From the NCBI GenBank assembly GCA_964016885.1, contig OZ024742.1:142848001-142912000 (forward strand): a stretch of DNA of 64,000 nt, read 5' to 3'. A program made the translations under genes and the position numbers. Position 1 is the first letter of the stretch. Each line of letters opens with the position of its first letter. The DNA comes from Eledone cirrhosa (lineage: Eukaryota). Of this stretch, positions 1 to 12,400 are shown piece after piece. The notes below the pieces were generated by a model, which was not told the origin of the DNA, searched no databases, and saw only the letters and a list, made by a program, of their open reading frames with translations.

Positions 1-1056
1 AGTGGTCCCTCTTCCTGGTACAAACCTAAATTGCATCTCGTCTAGTTACACCCGGTCCCTAATCAACTGTGCTATAACTCTTTCTGTTACTTTCATGACC
101 TGGTCCATCAGCTTTATACCTCGATAGTTTCCTCTATCTAGTGCATCACCTTTACCTTTGTAGCAGTTGACAATGATGCTACAGCACCAATCTTTTGGTA
201 CGACACCTTCTAGTATTACCTGGTTAACAATATGTGGTTATAGTGTGACCTACAGACCCAGATGCCTTCAGCATCTCGGCAGCTATACCCGATGAACCGG
301 TTGCCTTCCCCATCTTCATATCTTTGATTGCCTTACTTACTACGTTGCTGCTGGCCCCTCTATAGGGTCTACTTGGGGTAGGGTCTCTTCTTCCCATGCA
401 TTCTCCTCATTTAGTAATCTATCATAATGACTCTTCCATGCATCTTTCTTCTCAGCACTCGTGAGGGCAAGCTCACCTTTATCATTCCGGATACACTTCT
501 CTCCAATGACATCACAACTCTCTCTGACACACTGCCTCGCAATCTTGAACACCTCCTGTTTCTGGTCCTCACGTTGCAAAACATGCTTGAATTTTCTATC
601 CTCTGCTTCCCTCCTAGCTAAGTATACTTGTCGCCTAGCTTCCCTCTTGGTCTCTATGAAATGTACCCTGCTCCCCCCATTCTTCCATTCTTTCCATGCC
701 TGTCTCTTGGCCTTAACTGCCTCATCTACCTTATTGTTCCACCACCAAGTCACTCTCCTCCTGCTTGAGGTCTTACTCCAGCCACAGACCTCATCCGTCG
801 CCTCTAGTAAGTTATTTTTTAGGAACTCCCAGTTCTCTTCTACATTGAATGTCTCTATCTGTTCTTCTTTACTGTCGTAGACGTTGAGTAAAATATCTTT
901 AAATCTGTTACTGGTTGAGGGGTCTTTCAGCTTTTAGATCTTTCTTCTCCAGGTTGGCCTGTGTTTCCAGGTTCGTCTAGTTCTGACTGTGAGGTCGCTG
1001 ACAACTAAGTTATGTTGGGAGGTACATTCCTCACTAGGGAAGGCTTTTGTGTTTAC

Positions 1057-1837
1057 GACCGAGACCTTTGGCAGTACTCAGTAATAGAGAAGACCCGCCT
1101 AACCTAAATACAAAGTAAAACCTACTACAGTCAGTAGGCATCTCTAACAAAATACCCCCCCCCCCCCCATCCACACCGCCCCTTTCAATCTTTCAATGTA
1201 AAGTTATGTTGGTGCCACAAAATCCAGGCCGAAACAAATGAGATCGTGTAGGTGTCACGACAAAAAACACACAGTCCACGCTGTAATGTGACCGTGTAGG
1301 CAACACGGTAAAAACCTCCCAGTCCCACACTGTAAATGTGGTTGGTGTTAGGAAGGGCATCCAGCTGTAGAAAACCTGCCAGACAGTCCACGCTGTAATG
1401 TGGCCGTGTAGGCAACACGGTAAAAACCTCCCAGTCCCACACTGTAAATGTGGTTGGTGTTAGGAAGGGCATCCAGCTGTAGAAAACCCGCCAGACAGTC
1501 CACGCTGTAATGTGGCCGTGTAGGCAACACGGTAAAAACCTCCCAGCCCCACACTGTAAATGTGGTTGGTGTTAGGAAGGGCATCCAGCTGTAGAAAACC
1601 TGCCAGACAGTCCACGCTGTAATGTGGCCGTGTAGGCAACACGGTAAAAACCTCCCAGCCCCACACTGTAAATGTGGTTGGTGTTAGGAAGGGCATCCAA
1701 CTGTAGAAAACCCGCCAGACAGTCCCATGCGAGCAAGACAACCACTCTTGCCTCAAGTGGGAAAACTCCCGTCCAAACCCATGCAAGCGTGGAACATGGA
1801 CGTTAAACGATGATGATGATGATGATGATGATGACCG
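1057..1837 (+). mobile_element. 5'-truncated RTE (ORF end + long 3' UTR + (GAT)n tail) nested antisense in the RTE above
   Basis: Begins DRDLWQYSVIEKTRLT*; homologous to 13655-14316; GACCG at both junctions. Confidence 0.85.
1272..1719 (+). repeat. Four tandem 112-bp units in RTE 3' UTR
   Basis: Unit starts 1272, 1384, 1496, 1608; near-identical. Confidence 0.95.
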
Positions 1838-2413
1838 TCCATCTGTCACGTCCTCTGATGAGGATAAAATCTATCTGACTAGAGTGCTCCCCTGATCTAT
1901 AGGTGATCAGATGGTTGTCGGGTTTTTTAAAGTTTGTGTACATATCGACATGTCATTGGCATCGCAGAATTCCAGAAGTCTGAATCCTTCCTCATTTCTT
2001 GTGCCAACCCCATGGCCTCCATGTACTCTATTGAAGCCGTCGCAGTGTTTACCTACGTGTCCGTTAAAATCTCCTGCGATGATTAGGAAGTCATTGTCAT
2101 CTGTTAGAGCAGTAGTGTGCTTATATTCCCTCCAAATTGAGATTTTGATATAAATTTGATATGTTGAATTACTTCTCTGAGTTTGATAATTTTATCTGTA
2201 TATTTTGTCCTTTCATTGAGATGTCTAAAGTATTAGAGACAAATAACTTTACAATTCATATATATCATCATCACCGTTTAACGCCAATTTTTCAATGCTG
2301 GCATGGGTTAGATAAGTTATCCTGTTGGAAGCAATGCCAGGTCAAGTGATTTGTCTTGATCATACAGAACCAATTTTGGGTTGGTTTCTACAGCTGGATG
2401 CCCTTCCTAGTGC

Positions 2414-2461
<48 letters not shown>

Positions 2462-3373
2462 CCTGGTCTAAAATACAAAGCTGAGCTATCTGGTAAGTTA
2501 ATGTTTACCAAAACACAGTAGATCAACCTAACTTCATAATCACTGATCCCCTAATTCCTGACAGAATTGAAGAGGTGTCATTGTAGCATGTCTGGAGCAA
2601 TGTTAAAGCTGGCAGTGCCCATACTTCTACAGGGAGGGAGGGGGGGAAAAGAAGGAGGAGGTGCAGTGTACATAGCTTTTACAGACCTTTAAGATGAAAG
2701 AGATGATACAGTTAATGTTCCACTTAAAATATTGCATATCCAATGCCTCTAAATCTCGTCTGACCCATGCTAGGAAGGAAAAACTGCCATAAAACTAATG
2801 ATAATGATGTATTGACATTGCTTATCAAAAACCAGCAGTATCAGTTGTTTTTGTCTCCCGTAAACATTATATCTTGCAGTGTATATACTGTATTTAAGGT
2901 ATGAGCCAGCACCAACAAAATCATCCAGCCCTTTTTTTCAAGCCTTATCCAATCTCTGCCAGCATGGAAAAACAGACATAAAAATGATGGTAATGATGAT
3001 TCTTTGAATAATTTTAGTTCATTAATAAAACTACTAAATTCATAGGTCATTTAGAATATATAACAACTAACAACAAGCATTTTAAGGCCATTTTCTCTGC
3101 TAAAGCAGTGATAACCTTGCAGGCTCGATGGTAGGCTTCTAAATCACCATGGGGCTCATTTTGAGGCAATATTTTATAGCCAGATGCCCTTCCTAGCATC
3201 AACCCTTTTAGTAACCTCTTACAACATGTAAGGTTACAGTGTACCCTTTCTAAACCAGATGCATACAGCAAGTCCTATAGAATGTAAACAAAAATATTTT
3301 TGTTTCAAAGAATCTCAACAAAATGCTAGAATCCTTTCATTTGTTTCAGCATAATAATAAATATGTCACTTAC

Positions 3374-3434
3374 AGGTACAGAATGGTATTTAGCAGCAAG
3401 AGCAATACTGTGGCTACCTTGAACTGCTTTCAAT
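3374..3434 (-). CDS. EIF2B2: EIF2B2 exon 10
   Basis: [20 protein letters not shown]; TAG acceptor, GTAAGT donor. Confidence 0.93.
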
Positions 3435-6400
3435 CTACAATAGAGGTAGAAATGTTTGAGATAAGACCAAAGCAAAATAATTTTTCATGGATGTTAAGCA
3501 TGTTTTTATCTGGAGGTCTCTATTTCCTTTATATTTTGCCTTCTTTCTCTCTCTGTCTCCCTTCACTTCTAGCACAGACATTTTTCATTGCCTTGTATCT
3601 TTCCCTCTCTCTCCGTCTCGTTTTTTTCCTCTCAGATACTACCCATGTAACCGCCCCCACCTCTCTCTCTCACACACATATATATATATATCCCTCTTAT
3701 TCTCTATCTATCTACCTCTACCTCTCCTGAATTCTGGTTCATACACTTCTCATTGCCTTACCTCTCTCTCACACACACATATATATATATATCCCTCTTA
3801 TTCTCTATCTACCTCTACCTCTCCTGAATTCTGGTTCATACACTTCTCATTGCCTTATCTCTCTCTATCTCAACATTCAATGCAGTTCACAATAACTACA
3901 AACACAAAAGAAATGTCAAAAATATATTACTTTAACTAAACCTTTATACATGTGTGCAGCAAATCTGTCTCTTGAGTGTATAAAATTGCACAGCACTTTC
4001 AGCCTCTATCACTGCACAAACACATGTACACAATATCCTGTAGTGTTCTAGTTAAATCTTTTCATACAAATTTACCTGACACACCCTTGTTTCTATAACG
4101 GAAAACTGTGTTTTTTAAGTGTTAAATCTTTCAATATAATTTTATGTAAGAACCTTTCCTTAACTTATGTTTTAAACACCAATTTAATAACAAGATAGTT
4201 GGTTGCATAACTAAATCCCTCCAAATTTATTATTTAAAAAATTAATTAAAAATCTTAGGCAGTATATTTCATTAGAAATAGAGAAAAGGAATGGTTAATG
4301 ATACACTGATATCAAATGGTCAAAAACAGCAACTGAGTTGATAGTTGTGATTATATTTCTACTATTTGGAGGATTTTAATATTTTTTTTACCCTTCTTGT
4401 ATATTTCTTTTCCAGTATGCCTTTCATTATCTTTTTTTTGTTGTTGCTTTGAATGGCATCATTATATTAACTGATTTTAATGACATCATTATATTAACTG
4501 CCATTATATAGGGCGGTGGATTGGCAGTATCAGTAAAGGGTCGGACGCCATGCTTTGAAGCATAGAGTTATGGTCCTTTACGTTCTGAGTTCAAATCCCG
4601 CCGAGGTTAACTTTGCCTTTCATCCTTACAGAGTTGATAAAATAAAGTACCAGTAATTGACTGAGGTAATTGCTGGCCATGTACCAAAAGTAGAAACAAT
4701 TATATTTACTGATGTCATTATATAAGGCAGTGGATTTGGATTGGCAGAGTTATTAGAGTGACGAACAAATACTTTACTGTATTTGTACCGGCTCAGTACA
4801 TTCTGAGTTTAAATCCTGCCAAAGTCAACTTTGCCTTTTATCCTTTCAGGGTTGATAAAATAAAGTACCTGTCATGTACTGTGGTTGATATATTCAACTT
4901 TCTCCTCCCTATAAAATTTGAAAATGTGGCTTTGTAAATACATGGTTTCAGGTTCAGTCACATTGTGTGGCACTTTGGGGCAAGTGTCTTCTACTATAGC
5001 CCTGGGTTGACCAATTTTTTGAAGTAAAATTTGAGACAAACTCGAGAAACCTGTTGCACATATATAAAAATAATAATAATGAAAATATTGTGTACAGGTG
5101 CACAACTCATCAAAAGTGTATGTATAGTACATGGGGTAATGTACAAACGTCAGGAAAATGAACAGTGCATGAGTCATGATATACACGTGTGCATGTGTAT
5201 GGAAGGGGGACATCAGGTTTAGTTTTGGCGAATTTCGGGAAGCATGAGGGTTATAAAGGAAGCAGTGTCTCGGCAGCCAACAACTGATGCAGGTAGTTTG
5301 TTCCATGCTTCAGCAACTCTAAGCGTGAAAACATGTTCCTGAAAGTCATGGGAGCTGTGCTGTTTTCTGACTTTGTAGGCATGTCCACATGTGTTAGACA
5401 CATGGAGATCAAAAAGGTGCTCAGGGTTGTTGTTGGCGAGATGGTTAATAACTTTGTGGGTGTTTACCAAGTCCATTGCCAGATATCGGAGCTTCAATGA
5501 ATCCATGCCCAGGGAAGCAAGGCGTTCAGAGTATGGTAGGTGTCTGATGGAAGGTATGCGCTTGGTTGCACGTCTCTGAACAGTTTCCAGGAGGTCAATG
5601 TTCTGAGCAAGATAGGGGTTCCAGACTGATGATGCAAATTCCAAGTGTGGTCACACCATAGCTGTATACAGCTTTAAATAGATGGCTGGAGAGCGGATAA
5701 CAAAGGTCTTGCTGAGTGATGCCAAGACACCCTCGGCCTTCTTGACAATCTTATATGTTTGTGTGTCTGTCTTTGTCTGTATGTCCCATAACTTAGCACT
5801 TCAACAAAAACAGGTCAATGAAATAAGTACTACACTGGAGTCAATATGATTGCCTTAATTCATTTAAGGTGGTGCTCCAGCATGGCTGCAGTCTAATAAC
5901 TGAAACCAGTAAAGGAATAGAAGAATTCATTATGAGAGAGAGAAAAGTAGCATGTACTAACCCGCCATTTGCTAGCACAGTATGAGTTCCTATAATTACT
6001 TTGTTCACCCGAGACATCATAGCAAACACTGCAGAATCAGTAATTAGTGTAGTTTGAATGTTGCTGGCAGCCAAACTCTTAGCCATTTTCTGACCCTATT
6101 TCAAAAAATTTAAAGGAAAAAACAAAAAATTATCAAAGAAAACAAACTGATGCAAAATGAACTATATAAATATATTTATGAAGGTGCATGGCTTAGAGGT
6201 TAGAGAGACCAGGTGATGCATTGTCCTTGAGCAAGACACTTTATTTCATATTGCTTCTGCCAGGAGTTGTGACCAGTAGATAGTATTAACAATGGAAATA
6301 CCAATGGAAACATTGTTTCCTTGGTCCGATTTGATGAGGTCCACCCAACTCGGCAAGCAAATGAGGTCTGGGATCTTGTTGATCGATCAGAGCGAGTGAG

Positions 6401-9400
6401 AGCGATATATATAAATAAACATCCAACCAAAGAAGACGACCAGCCAAACAAAGGGTTGAGTGGAATCTCCAATGCTGTCATTGAATCTTCAATGCTCCAG
6501 TGCTGGTGATAGCAAAGAAAATGGATGTTAAATGATGAAGATATATGTGTGTGTGTCCAGTCATCATAAACATATCAACACCATCCATAAAAAGTCACCA
6601 GTTTGATTAATATTTAGTGATATATACCTTTCTTAAAATCTAAGTTACAAGTTGGTATCAGGAAGGGCATCCGGCCACAAAATACCTGTAACAAAAGTCT
6701 TGTTCAAACCCATGCAAACACGGAAAAAGTGAATATAAAAATGATGATAACAACAACACACAATTGAATAACCCAGCACTGGGAATGGTAACCAACTTAC
6801 ATGGAAAAAGGGAGCTCCTTCAGTTACCATAACTTGGAATTTCCGCTTCCGAGCTGCACTCTAGTGAAAAAGAAACAAATACATATATTGTATATCAAAT
6901 GATAAAAGGCCATGAGAAGTGATGAGATGCTGTGCTGGAAAACACCTGTCTAACCATGCCAGTATGAAATGACCACCTGACATGAGCAGTAAAACACCTA
7001 TCTATGTCAGCATGGAAGGTCCATGAGAAGTGGTGAGATGCTGTGCTGGAAAACACCTGTCTAACCAAGCTAGCATGGAAGGTGCATGATAAGTGGTGAC
7101 ATGATGTGCTGGAAAATACCTGTCTAACCAAGCTAGCATGGAAGGACCATGTGACACAATGAGAGGCTGTACTGAAAAAAGAGTATCTAACTCATGCGAG
7201 CATGTCAATAACGAGAAATAACAAGCTGCTTTATACCGAAAATCACAAGAAAAAATGTCAAAATGTTCTAATCGGTAAAAAAGCCCAATTCTTAATGCCA
7301 TCTGAAAATTGAAGTTGCATAAAATCATCATTTAACGTCCATCTTCCACGCTAGCATGGATAGGACTAAATACTAGAAGAAAATAAACACTGTACTTTGT
7401 AGAATTAGTGTGTACATGAATGATGCAGTGCAATCTTTAGCAGGTTAACAAAGTATCAGAATAATAGTTCACAGCTGTCTAACTCCTACCATGAACTGCT
7501 GAGATGGCTTACTAGATAGAGGATTTCTGTTATCTGGGTGACCTAAATAGTGCTAGAGGTGATTGTATTGAAAATATAATTAGAGCAACCCAGGTGACCT
7601 AATTATTAATATTTAGTGAAATAAACTGAGACATATAGTGACTTGCTTCTTTATTAATATAGTTTTAGCATGTAACCAATCTCTGTTTGTCTGGCTCCTT
7701 TAGAATGCCAAAAATATTCTCACTAAATTGAATAACAAATTGATATATTTAAATATATGTGCAAAAAATTAACAGAAACAACAAAGCAAACCACACAGAA
7801 GTATATTAGTTTAACGTTTGATATAGTAAGAAAAGAGTCTTTATGTTGGACACTAGTCCACCAGAAAAGAGAATGAAAAATAAAAGATGAAATAGAAAGA
7901 TAAGAGCAAGAGGTAGGAATTTAGAAAAAACATGTGTACTTAGTCAGCCATTATATATATATGTGTGTGTAGGTACTTATGAAGAGGGAATGCTTATAGC
8001 ATTTGTACAAGTGAATTATAAAGTTTACTTTAATATATTCATCAATCAATATTTATATAAATATTTGAGTGAAAATATACAGTGAAAATACAACTTAATT
8101 GGAATTGTTTTGATTTCTTTGTACATTACCCTTACACATCTCTTCACTATTACATGATTATTTTTTATTAACATATATAGATAGATAGACATTGTAAATA
8201 TACAAATAAGAAATTTTATTACGTCGATTATTTTTATTTTCAAAATTAAAAATTTTATTATGTCAATTATTTTTATTTTCAAAATTAGAATTCATTTGAA
8301 TTTGGATATGCAACATGAAATTATAATTATTTTACCAAAATAACATTACCTGATATTACCCACAGTGGCAAATAAATTCCCCAAAATGATCCATCATATG
8401 ACAGGTTATACACCAGTGTCTGTGATAATATCTGGTGCAAGAATTATAACCTTTATAACAAAGGCCAGAGCAATTAACAAGTCTAAGCCATTGAAGCTGT
8501 TTTATTTACAAATCTTAGTGACAAAACAAACATATATAAAAAAGAAGGAAAATAAATAATAATAATAATGAAATTATTGTGTAAAGTGCTCAGGTGCACT
8601 ACAACTCGTCAATATAGTACATAGAATAATACACAAATGCCAGGGAAGTACATGTTTGTATGTGTTAGCTGTAGTGTTGGCGGATCTCGGGAAGCATGTG
8701 TTGGCGGATCTCGGGAAGCATGATGATGATGATGGATTAATACAACCATGTCAGATTTTGAATTGATATCTGATCCTTGCATATACGATGTCTGCTGTTG
8801 GAGTCACAGCTAGTTGTTGAAGCTCTTCAAATAGGACATATCTGATTGCTGAGTGTAGTCAACTTCTGTTCATGATATTATGAATGGTTTAAGCTGGCTC
8901 AAACCATACCAGGTGAGGTGGAGTAAACTCAAACATAAATAACAAGTGATGTGAAGAGGAAGGGGAAGTTGGTGACGGTAAAAGAGTTAAAGTAATTTTT
9001 AAAAATTCACCTTAAGAAATGCTTCAACAGATTTTGACCACCCTGAAGTCATGATTATTTCCTTAGCATGTATGTGTTCAAGTGCTTGAGATTCTATATT
9101 TGGTATACTGGAATTAGACAATATCATTAATATATACATTTTATATTTGTTGGGAACACCCAACAAATAAGGATCTCTATGGCAATATACCACCTATCAG
9201 CAGGTCAATACGTGGACAGAGACTCAGATTTGCTGGCCACAGTTGGCGCAGCAAGGAAGAAATAGCAGGTGATGTGTTTTATGGAGTCCATCTCATGGAG
9301 CAAGAAACGCTGGTCGTCCCAAGAAGACATACGTCAAGCAACTTGAGGACGATACTGGATGCACTGCAGAAGAACTGGCAAACGCTATGAGACAGAGATG

Positions 9401-12400
9401 GATGGAGGAAACGTGTCGTAGAAAGCTGAGCAAGCTCGATCTGATGATGATGATATAAGAGGAATTCGATATAGTGTACAAGAGAAAAGATTACATTCGT
9501 ATGGACATGTGATACGTATGAAAGAGAGCAGCTGCATAACAAAATGCAGAGGAACCCAAGTTGCTGGGACCTGTGGTAGAGGCAGACCTAGGAAGACAAG
9601 GGATGAGGCTGTGAAGACCAACATTAAAAAATTAAACCTCACAACAGAAATGACAAAGGGCCACGAGAGCTGGCATTATGCTGTGCTGGTGAAAACCCGG
9701 CAAACAGTATACAATGTGGCCTGACTTAACCTTGTGCCCCACTCCACTAGCCTCACCCTTGATGCCTTCTCCAGCATAATATATAACATATGTACCTGCA
9801 TATAAGCCAAGACAAAAAAAAAAAATGGTGGTAAAATGGGGTTCAGCTTATATTGAAGGTCAATATTTGGCCAAAATTATATATAAATGAGGTGCTAAAA
9901 TATTTTCATTTTGGAGGTGAATATTACACCAGTTTCACTTTGAAGGTGAATATCACACCGGTTTCATTTTCATATGTCCTCGTGTTTTTGATATGTTTTA
10001 AATAAATATCGCTTTCAAAACGGTTAGAAATTGGCAAAAGATTATCACATAATGGAGTTGTCAAACAAAAGCCAACTCTAAACAACACTTAAGATATTTT
10101 AAATATTAAAACTTTATAAATCTATTCTTCACTATTGAGAATTTTAAAACCTCACCATCTAAACATAGTGTGTTAATTACCTAGCTTGGCTATATCATTT
10201 CATTTCATCATTTCATTTTACGTACACTTTTTCCCTGCTTGCAAGGGTGTGACGGGAACTGATTTTGGCTTGGTTTCTACAGCTGGATGCCCTTCCTAAC
10301 ACCAACCTCATTTACAATGAGTGCTGGGTGCTTTTTTGCCGTGGCACCTACACGACCACTTTACAGTGGAATGATAGGGACCCCAGTCCCTATCATCTCA
10401 TTTCTACAGCTGAGTAAACTGGAGCAATGTGAAATAAAGTGTCTTGCTCAAGGAAACAACACATCGCCCAGTCTGAGAATTGAACTCACAACCTTTCGAT
10501 TGCAAGGCCAATGCTCTAACCACTAAGCCATGTGCCTCCATTATATATATATATGTGTGTATGTATTAGATGTGTTTTTTTTTTGTGAAAAAACATTTTT
10601 TTTCAGAAAGTAGACTAACTTACCACGTCTCCAATTCAGATTTTATTTCAGAGATAGCCTCTATGACGATTGCCTGTGTTATAGAAATATCTCCAATAAG
10701 AACATATATATATATATATATATATATATCAGAAAAAAATAAGGAAATTATGTAAAGTTATTACACCATTATCATCACCATCATTTGACTGCAGTAGTAG
10801 ACAGCTAAAATCCTCCTCCACCCATTGCAACTTTCATAATCAGTTGTAGTACCTTCATGAGTTGATTAGCACTGGCCATTGGTTAGATTTTCCCAATATC
10901 CTTTTAGAGCCTCCAAGAGTGGTGTGAGGGAGCGAGGAAGGGTGAGAGCATTACACCTTCGAACTGGAAATCAGGTTCAAATGCTTGCAACAGAGGGGAC
11001 TCCACTAAAGACACTCAAGGTCCAAGTTGTGATGGTGTCAAACCAAGTGACCAATTAAATTTACCTCCCAGATAGGCTACATCAGGATTTGAACTCAAAA
11101 TGAAAAAGAGCCAGAACAAATATCTGATGATGAAACCAATATTTTAAATGTTACAAATAAAAAGGATCTCACTTGTGAAATGTAGCAATAATGTGACACT
11201 GGTGAAGTTAATTGTTGCAGTAACCCACAAAGTATAAGTACAGGACCTTTCTGCTTATAAGTAACACATCATCATTATCATCATTCAACTACAATTGCAA
11301 AAGACCACAATCCTCCCCCCACCCATGCTGCTTTCATAATCAGCTGTGGGGTTGGAGTATTTAACCCTAGTTGAACTCAGAATGTAAAGTGCTGGAAAAG
11401 ATATCACAAGGCATCTCATCTGACACTCTAACAATTCTGCTAATTCACCAACCTGGACTAGCATTTTATTTTATCAACCCTGAAAGAATGAAAGGCAATT
11501 AAGCTCAAAACACAGCGTGCCAGAACATTTTATCCAACAATCTAATGAATGATCTCAAGGGGAGAAAAGATCAGCATTTTGAAGTTTCACTGATCAGTGT
11601 TTTATAATTCCAAATAGAATCAAATGGGTGCCATCGTGACATACGACATGGGCTTTTTAAACCTGGTGGCACCCATCCATCTCCAGGTTTGACCACTGAC
11701 AATTTCTTCCAAAAGAGAGAAGACAAATTGACCAACACCCTAAACAACTAGGCCACACATCCTTACAGAGCAACAAACGAAAAAATAAAATTCATTAAAA
11801 AAATCTATTTTAGTATACACAATAACACCACAAGCAGTTCAAGGCTATTTTATCTGATGGGGCAGAAATTAACATTGCAAGCCCCTTGACAAGCTTCAGA
11901 CTTGTCATGGGGTCCTTTTTGAGGCAATGCTTTACTGTTGGATGCCCTTCGTATCACCCCTCTTATGATACAGAGCACAGTATTTTTGTTTTTAGTATAC
12001 AGATAAATGTAAACACACACACACACACAAAATAGATATCAATAAATGAAGGAAATGACATTTTACAACTTACTTGAAAGTCAGCGACTTGTAGTGTGTA
12101 ATCATCAGACACACCTTCACTTACAAAACGTTTCTGGAAAGAATCAAATAAAATAAAAATATCAGTAAAAGGATTGAAAAGTTTATAGTTCCTTCCTATT
12201 CACTAAAATATCTTGTCAGTTACATCTATTAAATAGTATCATCATATCATCATTACCACCATTCTTAGCTATTACTTGCTCACAGCAAGACAAAGTGGCC
12301 CGAGCTGAGATCAATTGTTCCTATCCTCTGTCACTCTCATCCATTTAATACCCATAAACTTATTGATCTCATCTCTCCATTTCATCCTCTAGGGTGGCAA

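Larger units (their letters stand above)
1..2120 (-). mobile_element. RTE LINE fragment (endonuclease to RT start) split by a nested insertion
   Basis: GDFNGHVG, SQIDFILIR|VNTKAFPSEEC, TWWWNNKV, YKGKGDALDRGNYRGIKL. Confidence 0.9.

Noticed and set aside
1272-1719. Regular repeats resembling a CRISPR array, and repeated MPFLTPTTF ORFs
   Set aside because: Contiguous 112-bp tandem units with no unique spacers, inside a LINE 3' UTR; the ORFs are antisense translations of the repeat
2130-3370. Search for remaining EIF2B2 3' exons
   Set aside because: No LIVCA/FDYVPPELI-like segment found; they probably lie left of position 1
3323-3939. Hydrophobic 135-150 aa ORFs
   Set aside because: Arise from CT/AT microsatellites and a tandem duplication; one overlaps EIF2B2 exon 10 antisense
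8340-8940. Possible intronic snoRNA in EIF2B2
   Set aside because: No convincing paired C/D or H/ACA boxes with terminal stem seen by eye; a snoscan/Infernal run would be needed
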